From an uncultured Spirochaetaceae bacterium (lineage in GTDB: Bacteria; Spirochaetota; Spirochaetia; Sphaerochaetales; Sphaerochaetaceae): a DNA stretch of 64,000 nt. Below are positions 45,713-55,270 of this stretch, one piece after another. The DNA is taken from the NCBI GenBank assembly GCA_964563815.1, contig CAZLYD010000001.1, positions 15,757 through 79,756 of the forward strand. Direction: 5' to 3'. The position numbers and the translations under genes are program-made. Under the pieces are notes generated by a model. The model had not been told where the DNA came from, searched no databases, and saw only the letters and a program-made list of their open reading frames with translations. Numbering within the stretch: position 1 is the first letter of the stretch; the number at the start of each line of letters is the position of its first letter.

Positions 45713-47089
45713 TTAGCCCTTATTTTGTACCCCTCTCCCACTTTCCTTCTTTAGTGGACGATAAAGTGTAAGGTACATAGTCAAGAAACAGCAGGATGCA
45801 CCAAAAAGCTGACTAAAGAACTCAGCATAAAAGACTCCATCTACTCCTAGCCTTGTTAAGGGAAGGAGAAGCGAAAGAGGAAGAACAAGAAAAACCTTTC
45901 TTAAAAGAGAGAAGAATACTGCTCTCTTTGGTTTATTAAGAGAGATAAATGTTGTTTGCCCTGAGGATTGGAAACTCATCATGAAGAATGCTAGAAAATA
46001 TATATATGCAGAATGGACTGTAATGTTAACAAGAGTTTCATCTGGAGTAAAAATACCTATTATTGTTGATGGGAAAAGAAGAACTAAAGCCCAGCTAATT
46101 AAGCCATAGCTAAGTGCAATAAGAACCATTATCCTTATTGCCTTAATCACTCTCTTATTCTCACCAGCCCCATAATTAAAGCTTATTATTGGCTGTGTAC
46201 TATTAGTGATAGAAACGATTGGAAGAGATATCATCTCTCTAATAGAATTTATGATACTCATTGCACCTATATAGAGTGTACTATCTGCTCCTCCATATTT
46301 TCTCAGCTGTATATTTGAAACTCCTTGAGTGAGTGAATTAGTGAGCTTAAAAACAAAGCCGCTAATACCAAGTTTAACAATATTAATTAGAGTAGGAATA
46401 TCGAGATAGAATCTATTTAGTTTAATAGGAGCTTTAAAAATCAAAAAATATAGCACCCAAAGAGCAGAAACGGCTTGTGATATTACAGTTGCAATACTAG
46501 CGCCTCTTACACCAAGTTTAAAAACAAAGATAAAGATTGGATCAAGAATAGTATTTAATAGAGCGCCTATTATTACTGTAGCCATGGCAGTAACAGAATA
46601 ACCCTGCATATTAATAAAGGAATTTGCTCCAAGGCTAATTAAAACAAAGACTGTTCCAAGGATATAGACAGAAAAATAAGAGTAGGCATAATCAAGAGTT
46701 GAAGAATCTGCTCCCATTAAGAGAAGAAGTGGCCGCTGAAAAATAAAGAGTAGAATAGTAAGAATTACTCCAATGACAACTAAAAACGTTACAGATGTCA
46801 CCATTATTAGCTGAGCTTTTTCTTCGTTCCTTTCTCCTCTCTTTATTGATGCCAATGGAGCTCCACCTGTAGAAACAAGAGAAGCAAAAGCACTTATAAA
46901 GGAGATGAGCGGAAAAGTAACACCAACTCCCGATAGTGCTAGGCTACCGTAAAGAGGAATGTGCCCAATAAACATTCTATCAACAATACTATATAAAACA
47001 TTAACTAGTTCGGCAAAAAATGTCGGAATAGCTAAAGAAAGAATATGCGAAAACACACTTCCTTCTTTGAAATTCCCTTTATCCTTCAT
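45713..47089 (-). CDS. MATE-family efflux transporter
   Basis: 458 aa, polytopic. N-terminus ...LAIPTFFAELVNVLYSIVDRMFIGH. Its start overlaps the folA stop by 11 nt. Confidence 0.8.
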   Translation of the reverse strand: MKDKGNFKEGSVFSHILSLAIPTFFAELVNVLYSIVDRMFIGHIPLYGSLALSGVGVTFPLISFISAFASLVSTGGAPLASIKRGERNEEKAQLIMVTSVTFLVVIGVILTILLFIFQRPLLLLMGADSSTLDYAYSYFSVYILGTVFVLISLGANSFINMQGYSVTAMATVIIGALLNTILDPIFIFVFKLGVRGASIATVISQAVSALWVLYFLIFKAPIKLNRFYLDIPTLINIVKLGISGFVFKLTNSLTQGVSNIQLRKYGGADSTLYIGAMSIINSIREMISLPIVSITNSTQPIISFNYGAGENKRVIKAIRIMVLIALSYGLISWALVLLFPSTIIGIFTPDETLVNITVHSAYIYFLAFFMMSFQSSGQTTFISLNKPKRAVFFSLLRKVFLVLPLSLLLPLTRLGVDGVFYAEFFSQLFGASCCFLTMYLTLYRPLKKESGRGVQNKG

Positions 47090-47597
47090 ATCGCTTTAAA
47101 TCTAAATTTTTATACGTTGTAAACTTAATGGAATAACCATTATCTAACACACTCTCACTCTCTTCTTCTAAAAGCCAGGAAGGATTATCATCCAAGTTTT
47201 CAAAAAAGACTTCAGCCCCGCCGTCTGCATCAACCTTTGTAAGAAGCACCTCACTGCAGTATGGTAGCATAGTCTTATACATCATTGCGCCGCCAATTAT
47301 AAATACGTCATCGCTATTATATTTCTCTATCTCACTAAACAATTCATCTAATGTTTCAACAAGAATAAAGCAATCTTCCTTTGCTTTTTCTCTGTCTCCA
47401 CCGGGCCATAAAACAACATTTATTCTTTTCTTAAGTGGCTTCGAAGACGGAAAAGAAAGAAGAGTGTTAGAACCCATAACAACAACCTTATTCAGTGTCA
47501 TTTTACGGAAAAATGCCATATCAAGAGGAAGATGGAACATCAAATCGTTCTTTTTACCTATCCCCCATTTTTTATCACAATGTAGTATAGCTTTCAT
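47079..47597 (-). CDS. folA: dihydrofolate reductase
   Basis: MKAILHCDKKWGIGKKNDLMFHLPLDMAFFRKMT, VVMGSNT and IIGGAMMY. I prefer ATG 47597, preceded by GAGGGA. The ORF-track TTG at 47609 is less likely. Confidence 0.85.
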   Translation of the reverse strand: MKAILHCDKKWGIGKKNDLMFHLPLDMAFFRKMTLNKVVVMGSNTLLSFPSSKPLKKRINVVLWPGGDREKAKEDCFILVETLDELFSEIEKYNSDDVFIIGGAMMYKTMLPYCSEVLLTKVDADGGAEVFFENLDDNPSWLLEEESESVLDNGYSIKFTTYKNLDLKRYEG

Positions 47598-47605
47598 TTT
47601 ATCCC

Positions 47606-48436
47606 TCAAATTGCAACTTCAATATTATACTTTTTATCATTAGGATTATATCCAATAAGTTTAAAATCATTTTTTGTAAACTTGTAGAAATCCTTTATTT
47701 CTTTATTCATGACAAAAGTTGGTGCCTCTTTTTGTGGAGACTGGATAATTTCCTTAATAAGAGGAATATGTCTGTCATATATATGAGCATCAGCAATAAC
47801 GTGGACAAGCTCTCCTACTTCTAAATCTGCAACCTGAGCCATCATATGCATCAATACAGCGTATTGAACAACATTCCAATTATTAGCTGTAAGCATATCT
47901 TGGCTACGCTGATTTAATATTCCATTAAGAGTTCTTCCACTAACATTAAATGTCATAGAATAGGCACATGGATAGAGCATCATCTCTGATAAATCATGAT
48001 GGTTATAAATATTAGTAAGTATTCTCCTAGATTGTGGATTATTTTTTAAGTCATATATAACTCTATCGACTTGGTCAAACTCACCCTCTTTATACTTATG
48101 CTTAACACCTAGCTGGTAACCATAAGCCTTTCCTATAGTACCATTTTCATCAGCCCAACTATCCCAAACATGAGATGCGAGGTCTTCAATTCTATTACTC
48201 TTTTTTTGCCAAATCCATAATAGCTCATCAATAGCACTCTTAAAATATGTCCGCCTTATAGTAATAATTGGAAATTCTTCTTTTAAATTGTATCTATTTA
48301 CTATTCCAAATTTCTTTATGGTATGAGAAGGTGTACCATCGCTCCAATGGGGTCTTACCTCTAAATTCTCATCAGAGAATCCATTTTCAAGAATATCGAT
48401 AACATTTTCAACAAAAATCTGATCAGCTCTACTCAT
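47606..48436 (-). CDS. thyA: thymidylate synthase (ThyA, Bacillus ThyA-like subtype)
   Basis: 276 aa. SDGTPSHT, ELLWIWQKKSN, NPQSRR, catalytic Cys in LYPCAYSMTFNV and ADAHIYDRH. It closely parallels my recollection of B. subtilis ThyA. Confidence 0.9.
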   Translation of the reverse strand: MSRADQIFVENVIDILENGFSDENLEVRPHWSDGTPSHTIKKFGIVNRYNLKEEFPIITIRRTYFKSAIDELLWIWQKKSNRIEDLASHVWDSWADENGTIGKAYGYQLGVKHKYKEGEFDQVDRVIYDLKNNPQSRRILTNIYNHHDLSEMMLYPCAYSMTFNVSGRTLNGILNQRSQDMLTANNWNVVQYAVLMHMMAQVADLEVGELVHVIADAHIYDRHIPLIKEIIQSPQKEAPTFVMNKEIKDFYKFTKNDFKLIGYNPNDKKYNIEVAI

Positions 48437-48439
48437 ACT

Positions 48440-49336
48440 CTACTTCCTACTTAATTTTTCTTTTATATATTTTATCCAGTTTTTAAGCTTTTCTTTTCCT
48501 TTTTCTTCTTTTACATTTTTAGCAGCATCAAATTCTGTCGTGTAGCAATTGATTCTCTTCATCTCATCCCACCTTCGAACTAAAAACATATAGATATCTG
48601 CTTCCGAATAACCCGGATATATAGATTGTAAATGTTCTTTATCAAGGGCATCTACAATTGGTCTATATACATTTTTATACCAGCTTATTGCACCTTCTTC
48701 AAAGGTCATTTCTCTTTCTTTTTTCTCATTAGCATAATACTTATGAACAAGAATGTGATTAACCATCTCAGGATAAGAACCAGGCGTAGTAAATACTATC
48801 TCCTTCATCGGAAGAAAGGTGGGCTTGTATTGCTTAATGAACATCTCCCTTTCGTGTTCAACTACACGTTTTTTAAGTTCATTAAGTGTCATGCCCTCCT
48901 CAAGCGGTATCTGACTAGATAGTTCTACAACCTCTGCATCTATATATTCCTGTCCCTTGCTTTTTGCTACCGATACTCTATGGTTTCCATCTCTAACAAA
49001 GTACCAAGCGCCAACCTTGTATACAGAAATAGGAGGAAGAATAATATCACTATTATAAGCGGCATCAACACTCTCCCACCTGGATTGCAATTTATAACTC
49101 TTGGGATAAAATGCAGACGAGAAATCATGATATCTATTCTCAGAGCCAATAATATCCTTCACTCTTATTGCCTGCATCCCTTTATAAGACTGGGAATCTG
49201 GTTTAATAAGCTTTGTAACTTCATAAAATGAGAGCAAATCTGGATTTTTCCATCTAAAGGTCGAGAATACTTTTTGTAATTTTGCTCTATGTAGTGCTGA
49301 TTCAAAATCATTATTTAAAATAGTATTATCTGCCAT
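48440..49336 (-). CDS. ParB/Srx-fold domain protein of unknown function
   Basis: 298 aa. IIGSENRYHDF...VYKVGAWYFVRDGNHRVSVAKSKGQEYIDAEVVEL contains the DGNHR ParB-like motif. The C-terminal half is uncharacterised (possibly DUF4032-like, from memory). Confidence 0.6.
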   Translation of the reverse strand: MADNTILNNDFESALHRAKLQKVFSTFRWKNPDLLSFYEVTKLIKPDSQSYKGMQAIRVKDIIGSENRYHDFSSAFYPKSYKLQSRWESVDAAYNSDIILPPISVYKVGAWYFVRDGNHRVSVAKSKGQEYIDAEVVELSSQIPLEEGMTLNELKKRVVEHEREMFIKQYKPTFLPMKEIVFTTPGSYPEMVNHILVHKYYANEKKEREMTFEEGAISWYKNVYRPIVDALDKEHLQSIYPGYSEADIYMFLVRRWDEMKRINCYTTEFDAAKNVKEEKGKEKLKNWIKYIKEKLSRK

Positions 49337-50003
49337 ATAGATTTTCTATTCCTTCTTCGTCAATCAAAAAAGAAGAGTAAGCATTTATAATTTTTGTCTC
49401 TCCTCTCCTTCTCTCTCTTTCTGCATTTAAGTCATCTAGATGAACATGACCATGAATCAAGTATCTAGGTTTAAATACATCAATAAACTTCAAAAAACAT
49501 TTATATCCCTTGTGACAAAGGTCTATGTCATCTCCAAGACCAAAGGGAGGCGCATGTGTTATGAGTATATCAAGATAACGTCCATAGCGAATTTTGTTAT
49601 ATAAAAGAGTGGGAATAAGCTTAATTATTCTTTGCTTCATCTCTCTCTCACTAAATTGGCTGTCTCCTCCGTTATAAAGCATACAGCCACCTAGCCCCGC
49701 AATTATTAATCCACTCTTTTTATCTCTAATGCATTTTCCATCAACCATAAAGCCATAGAATTTTTGTTCCTCTATGGAAGAAAAAGCATGGCTCTGCTTA
49801 TTCATTATCTTTTTATAATTTTCGAGATTATGATTTCCAAAAACATAGTAGAGGTCACTATTAAGCATAGTAGAAACATAATCATAAGAATCAAGAGGAA
49901 TATCACCAGAACTCAATATTAGGTCAATATCCTTATATATCTCCTTAACTGCGGGAGAAAAAGCTAATGACCGTGTAGTATCTGATATGCATAAAATTCT
50001 CAC
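49326..50003 (-). CDS. calcineurin-like metallophosphoesterase
   Basis: MRILCISDT, SGDI, GNHN and GHVH motifs, with a GTG start. It overlaps the next gene by 11 nt. Confidence 0.75.
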   Translation of the reverse strand: MRILCISDTTRSLAFSPAVKEIYKDIDLILSSGDIPLDSYDYVSTMLNSDLYYVFGNHNLENYKKIMNKQSHAFSSIEEQKFYGFMVDGKCIRDKKSGLIIAGLGGCMLYNGGDSQFSEREMKQRIIKLIPTLLYNKIRYGRYLDILITHAPPFGLGDDIDLCHKGYKCFLKFIDVFKPRYLIHGHVHLDDLNAERERRRGETKIINAYSSFLIDEEGIENLYGR

Positions 50004-50070
50004 GCCTTAATTATAGTTAAGAATTCTATAGTAAACTACTGTTCTATTATTATAATTTCTTATTTTGAAT

Positions 50071-51201
50071 CTATACTCTTTCCATCACGACTGCTGTCTC
50101 TATATGGCTAGATCCAGGATAGAAATCAAAAACAGAAAAAAGAGTTGGTTTATAGATAGAGAAAAGCGGAATATCTCTAATAAGAGTAACAGGATTACAT
50201 GATACATATATTACTCTCTCTGCTTTCCATTTGTTTATCTCTTCTATTACTCTCTTATCGAGTCCAGTTCTTGGAGGGTCTACAATTACTGTATCAACAT
50301 GTCCTCTGTTCGCGTTAACCCATCTTTCAACATCTTCACTAAAGGAGATAGCACTAGGCGCATTTTTCCTAGATAAAGATAGACACTTCTTCTCTCTTTC
50401 TACTGCATACACTTTTTTTCCACTATTTTCAAATAAAGCAGAGAATGTTCCAACACCACTATAGAGATCCATAATTGTATCTCCAATACTATTCTCCTTT
50501 ACAAAAGAAAAGAGAGAAGAAAGAAGTGCTGGATTTGATTGGAAGAAAACAGAAGCACTAACGGTATAATTAATACCGGAGACATTGATTAGTACACTCT
50601 CATCTCCCATACTTACCTTTTCGTCTCCTGCAAAAAGAGGAACCTCTACATATCCAGTATTTCTATTAACTCTATTTTCAAACATTAAAGAGCGTGCTTT
50701 ATTAAATAGAGCTCCATTTCTTTCTGCAAGAAGGTCATTTAATGTTGGATAAAGAAGCGGACAAGAAGAAATAGGGACAAGAGAAGAGGAAGAACGAGAA
50801 AGAAAACCTTGCTCTTTACTCTTTAAATCAACATGTATTCTTACTCTTCTTCTGTATCCTTCTCTTTCACCATATATTGGAGGAAGAAAAGTAGTATTTG
50901 GCGCAATATGGCTAATAGCATCCCTTACAATCTTCTCTTTAAAAGATGCAGAGTCGCGTGGCGTAACAAAAAGAAAATCACACCCACCACATACTCCATA
51001 ATATGGGCAAGGCGGAGTGATGCGAGATAAAGAAGGAGAAAGAATTGAAGTAACATGTGCTTCAATTACGCCCTTTCTCTCTCTTTCTATTTTGTATTCG
51101 ACAATCTCATCGGGAAGAACACCGCTCACGATAACAGTTTTACCATTATCGTGACCAATACCCTTACCTCCGAAAATCAGCTTTTCAATTTTTAGAGCCA
51201 T
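50071..51201 (-). CDS. RumA/TrmA-family RNA (uracil-5-)-methyltransferase with an Fe-S cluster cysteine motif
   Basis: N-terminal TRAM-like region, CPYYGVCGGCDF, SAM motif DLYSGVGTFS, then DPPRTG and VSCNP. Confidence 0.8.
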   Translation of the reverse strand: MALKIEKLIFGGKGIGHDNGKTVIVSGVLPDEIVEYKIERERKGVIEAHVTSILSPSLSRITPPCPYYGVCGGCDFLFVTPRDSASFKEKIVRDAISHIAPNTTFLPPIYGEREGYRRRVRIHVDLKSKEQGFLSRSSSSLVPISSCPLLYPTLNDLLAERNGALFNKARSLMFENRVNRNTGYVEVPLFAGDEKVSMGDESVLINVSGINYTVSASVFFQSNPALLSSLFSFVKENSIGDTIMDLYSGVGTFSALFENSGKKVYAVEREKKCLSLSRKNAPSAISFSEDVERWVNANRGHVDTVIVDPPRTGLDKRVIEEINKWKAERVIYVSCNPVTLIRDIPLFSIYKPTLFSVFDFYPGSSHIETAVVMERV

Positions 51202-52901
51202 TCTTTTAGTTTTTCAGCATATTGTCCAATTAAAGCAATTCCTTCCATCCAGAAAGCCTTGTCCTCGATATCACAGCCAGCAGCTAAAGCTACATCCTTT
51301 GCTGGATAACGACCAGTCATAGACAACACTTTCTTATAGTGTGAAGCAAAGTCATCTGTCTTATCCTTAGAAGCAAACAAACCAAGAGCAAATAGCTGAC
51401 CAAAAGCATATGGATAGTTATAGAAAGAAAAACCTTCGTTATAGTAATGACCCTTAACAGCCCACATATATGGATGCTTTACTCCTAGTCCATCCCCATA
51501 GGTCTTTTCTTGAGCTTCAGTCATTAAACGTGAGAATGTCTCTGGAGAAGCATTACCTTCTTTACATGCTTCAAATGCACTCTTCTCGAAATAGAAACGA
51601 GAAAGAATATCAACACAAACCTGACAGGAAGAAGAAACGAAAGCTTCAATAAGCGGAAGCTGTTCATCTCTTGTAGCTTTCTTCAATACCTCCTGGAAAA
51701 GATTTGTTTCACCAAAGATAGAAGCTGTTTCTGCTAGTGTCATAGGGTAATCAGCTTGGCTAGGTGGGAAATCCTTAACTACTGAATCATGGTAAGCATG
51801 TCCCAATTCATGGGCTAAGGTAGAAACAGAATCATAGCTACCTTCCCAGTTCATCATGATTCTTGATTCCTTTTTCAGTGGGAATGAAATATCATAAGCA
51901 CCACCAATTTTTCCTTCGTGGGATTCTGGATCTATCCAATTATTCTCAAAAGCATTCTTAATAAAGGCACCTACCTCTTCTGAGAAAGAAGCATAGGATG
52001 AAATAACAAGCTCTTTTCCTTCTTCCCATGTAAAAGACATATCCTTTTTGCCAACAGGAGCAAACATATCATACCACTCAAGTTTCTCTAAGCCCAAAAG
52101 CTTAGCTTTTGTCTTAAGGTATTCTCTAAACATAGGTAAAGAATCAGAGAGAGCTGAAATGAGTGCATCCAATGCCTTTTTCGAAATACGAGAAGAAAAG
52201 ATAGATCTATCAATTGGATCAAGCCAACCTCTTCGCCTTTCAAGAAGAAGTGTTGTCTCTTTAACACCACTAAGAGCAAAGGATAGAGCTACTTCATTTT
52301 CTTTAAGAATCTTTATTTCTCTTAGATATGCATCCTTTCTTACTTCTCTATCTGGACTAGTAGCCAATCCACGAAGCTGAGTTAGTGTTAATCCATTATC
52401 TTTAATGGAAGAGGTAACTGATTCGTGCAGTCTAGACCAAGCAGAGGCAGAAACACGAAGCATCTCATTTGCAATACCTTCTTCCTCAAGACTCATCATA
52501 TGGTCACTAGAAACAGAAATCTCCTCTAAGAAAAGAGCATAATCCTTTAGAGAAGAATTATTGAATTCATTCTTTCTTTTTGAACAATAGTGCTTGAATA
52601 CAGTTACTGCATCACTATATGCAACAATAGCTTTTTCTGTTTTTGAATATGCTGCTAAAACAGCAGGAGAAGTAGTATTAACAGAAAAGGAAGTATAAGA
52701 GAAGGAAGAAACATTCATCACAATGCTAGTTAATCTGTCATACAGCTCTATTAATTCTAAAAGAGGAAGAGACTGAGCACTTTTTTCCTTTAATTCTTCT
52801 GAAAGAGTATAAATAGTATCAATATCATGATTAAACTCTTCACATTCAACACTTTTGTATATGGATTCTAGATTCCACTTTGGTAGTTTTTCTTTATTCA
52901 T
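51192..52901 (-). CDS. pepF: oligoendopeptidase F (M3B metallopeptidase)
   Basis: 569 aa with the HELGHAYH zinc motif and an overall PepF-like layout. Confidence 0.85.
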   Translation of the reverse strand: MNKEKLPKWNLESIYKSVECEEFNHDIDTIYTLSEELKEKSAQSLPLLELIELYDRLTSIVMNVSSFSYTSFSVNTTSPAVLAAYSKTEKAIVAYSDAVTVFKHYCSKRKNEFNNSSLKDYALFLEEISVSSDHMMSLEEEGIANEMLRVSASAWSRLHESVTSSIKDNGLTLTQLRGLATSPDREVRKDAYLREIKILKENEVALSFALSGVKETTLLLERRRGWLDPIDRSIFSSRISKKALDALISALSDSLPMFREYLKTKAKLLGLEKLEWYDMFAPVGKKDMSFTWEEGKELVISSYASFSEEVGAFIKNAFENNWIDPESHEGKIGGAYDISFPLKKESRIMMNWEGSYDSVSTLAHELGHAYHDSVVKDFPPSQADYPMTLAETASIFGETNLFQEVLKKATRDEQLPLIEAFVSSSCQVCVDILSRFYFEKSAFEACKEGNASPETFSRLMTEAQEKTYGDGLGVKHPYMWAVKGHYYNEGFSFYNYPYAFGQLFALGLFASKDKTDDFASHYKKVLSMTGRYPAKDVALAAGCDIEDKAFWMEGIALIGQYAEKLKEWL

Positions 52902-52940
52902 AGAAAAAAGAATAAACTATTCTAAGGAGTTTTAAAACAG

Positions 52941-53495
52941 TTAAAGATAAATCTCTCGCCCTCTCTCAAAAAGACTAACGTCCTCTCTAGTGTGTGTAAC
53001 AACTATAATAGTTTTACCCTTCGTTTCCTCTCTTATTATCTCACTTACTCTCTTTTTTGTTTCTTCATCTAGTGAAGAAAAAGGTTCGTCAAAGATATAT
53101 GTATTAAAATCTAACAAGAGAAGACGAGCTATACTTACTCGTCGTCTCATTCCCCCAGAAAGAGAGGAAATATTACTCTTTTCTTCTTTTTCTAGTCCCA
53201 GCTTCTTTAGTAAAAGAAGAGCTCTTTCTCTATCATCCGTTACAAGAAGAAGATTAGATATAACACTAATATTCTCAACAAGTCTATCCTCTTGAAAAAG
53301 GAGAGCTACTTTCCCATTTTTCTCAACGAAACCATCATAGTCATTATCTAGTCCAGCAATAATTCGCATTAAGGTAGTTTTACCTCTTCCGCTCTCGCCC
53401 ATTACTACAGCTGTTGTTCCATCTTCTATAAAAAGAGAAAAATCTTTAAAAATTACTTTATCACCAAAATGCTTATCTTTTATATAAACCTTCAT
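52941..53495 (-). CDS. short ABC transporter ATP-binding protein (NitT/TauT-type importer)
   Basis: 184 aa. GESGRGKTT, LSGGMRRRV, YIFDEPFSSLD and VTHT. No C-terminal accessory domain. Confidence 0.85.
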   Translation of the reverse strand: MKVYIKDKHFGDKVIFKDFSLFIEDGTTAVVMGESGRGKTTLMRIIAGLDNDYDGFVEKNGKVALLFQEDRLVENISVISNLLLVTDDRERALLLLKKLGLEKEEKSNISSLSGGMRRRVSIARLLLLDFNTYIFDEPFSSLDEETKKRVSEIIREETKGKTIIVVTHTREDVSLFERGREIYL

Positions 53496-54253
53496 TTTTC
53501 AACAATTCTCTCCAGCTTTTCTAAAAGAATAAATGTTATCTTTTCAAATAAAAAAGAGAGTAAAACGATAACAATTGTGTAACTAAATAGATCCTTTGTT
53601 ACTAAATAAACCTTTGCTTCATATAAAAGAGTACCTATACTATGACGAGGAAGCGCAATAACCTCTGCTGCAATCGCACTTTTAAAGGCCATTCCTATTG
53701 CATTTCTTAGACCTACCTTTAAGAAAGGAAACAGGTGCGGTATATAGATGTATCTTATCTTTTTCTTTTGTGAAGCATTATAGCACTCTGCCATCTCTAA
53801 CAAGGCTTGAGGAGTTTCTTTCATTGCAGAAAGAGTAGATGAATAAAGAAGAGGAAAAACAACTAAAAATGAGATAACAATTGAAAGGTTTTTACTTTTC
53901 ACCCACAGAAGAATAAGAATGATAATAGAAGCAACTGGAATACTTCTAATCGCTTTAACCAAAGGCGAAAGCAGTGTTTCCAAGAGCGAATAAAACGAAG
54001 AAAGAATGCCAAGAAACAAAGCAAAGGCAAAAGATAAAGCTAGACCTAATAAGAGACGAGAAAGAGAGGAGAATATTGAATACCAAAATTGAGTATCTGG
54101 TAATAATTTAAATAAAGCTTGAAGTGTTGATAGAGGAGACGGTAAGAAAATCTCTTCATCAATCCAAAGTGAGAGTAAGTACCAAACAAGGAGCCAAAAC
54201 AATATGGCTCCTATTTTTTTTAAATAATCATTCTTCTTAATAGTAGAACTCAT
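53492..54253 (-). CDS. ABC transporter permease (nitrate/sulfonate/taurine-type)
   Basis: 253 aa with about 6 TM segments. It overlaps both neighbours. Confidence 0.8.
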   Translation of the reverse strand: MSSTIKKNDYLKKIGAILFWLLVWYLLSLWIDEEIFLPSPLSTLQALFKLLPDTQFWYSIFSSLSRLLLGLALSFAFALFLGILSSFYSLLETLLSPLVKAIRSIPVASIIILILLWVKSKNLSIVISFLVVFPLLYSSTLSAMKETPQALLEMAECYNASQKKKIRYIYIPHLFPFLKVGLRNAIGMAFKSAIAAEVIALPRHSIGTLLYEAKVYLVTKDLFSYTIVIVLLSFLFEKITFILLEKLERIVEK

Positions 54254-55211
54254 CGCCAGGTATTACACCACCTATACTCTTTGGATTTTGTTTATAAAGA
54301 GCATCATAGTAGACTGAAAGCATTTTCCTCATTTCTTCTCCTTCTACTAATACTATATTACATTCAGGAAGTGCGCTTTGAGCAATTTGAGACTTTATAA
54401 TACCTTCGTTTTCAATAAGGACAGAGGCCTCTTTAACATTTTCATTTACCCAATCAACACTATTTTTGTATTCGAAAAGAAAATTATCTACATCTTCTCT
54501 TCTATTTTCTGCCACATCCTTAGTTACAACAGCACAACCAGTAACTAGAGGAGAACCAGTAAGAGATAGCCATGCATCATTGAGGTCTAATAGTACAGAC
54601 AGGTTACTATTTTGCATTAAAGCAGATGTAACAAAGGGTTGAGGAAGAAGAGCTAAGGAGGAAGGAGAAGAAAGAAGAGAAGCTACACACTCAGCATGTT
54701 CACTCTTCCACTCAACAAAAACATCCTTCCCATCAACAAGATTAAAGCCATTAAGCACAGTCTCTAAAGCGTATTGAGGAGTAGAACCCTTACCACTAGC
54801 ATATATTGTCTTTCCCTTCACATCCTCGACAGAACTAATTAGAGTATCTGAAGAACCAACTAAATATAGAACGCCAAGCGTATTAACAGCAAGAATCTTT
54901 ACTTTTCCTGTATTATTAAAGAGAGTTGCTGCCAAATTTGCAGGAATAGCTGCGATATCTACTTCTCCCTTTGCAAGAGAGGGAACGACGGCATCAGGAG
55001 ATGCCTCTAAAGAGAATGTATAACTATTTTTTAGTATTCCTGCACTATTTTTGCTATCATCCATAAGCTTTACAAGTCCCATTGCCGTTGGACCTTTCAA
55101 AGCCACAACACTAAGCTGTGGCTTTTCTTTTTCGCTTACTTCTGTTGCGGGATGAGCAAAAAGAGTAAAACAAACTAATGATAAGATCAGTGATAAAAAA
55201 AGCTTCTTCAT
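54237..55211 (-). CDS. ABC transporter substrate-binding protein (NMT1/THI5-like)
   Basis: 324 aa with a signal peptide. LSVVALKGPTAMGLVKL and the AIPANLAATL pattern. The family assignment is tentative. Confidence 0.65.
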   Translation of the reverse strand: MKKLFLSLILSLVCFTLFAHPATEVSEKEKPQLSVVALKGPTAMGLVKLMDDSKNSAGILKNSYTFSLEASPDAVVPSLAKGEVDIAAIPANLAATLFNNTGKVKILAVNTLGVLYLVGSSDTLISSVEDVKGKTIYASGKGSTPQYALETVLNGFNLVDGKDVFVEWKSEHAECVASLLSSPSSLALLPQPFVTSALMQNSNLSVLLDLNDAWLSLTGSPLVTGCAVVTKDVAENRREDVDNFLFEYKNSVDWVNENVKEASVLIENEGIIKSQIAQSALPECNIVLVEGEEMRKMLSVYYDALYKQNPKSIGGVIPGDEFYY

Positions 55212-55270
55212 ATCACTGATTCTATTAACTCTTCATCGTTCATAGCAAGCCCAATAAAGAAAGAAAACTA

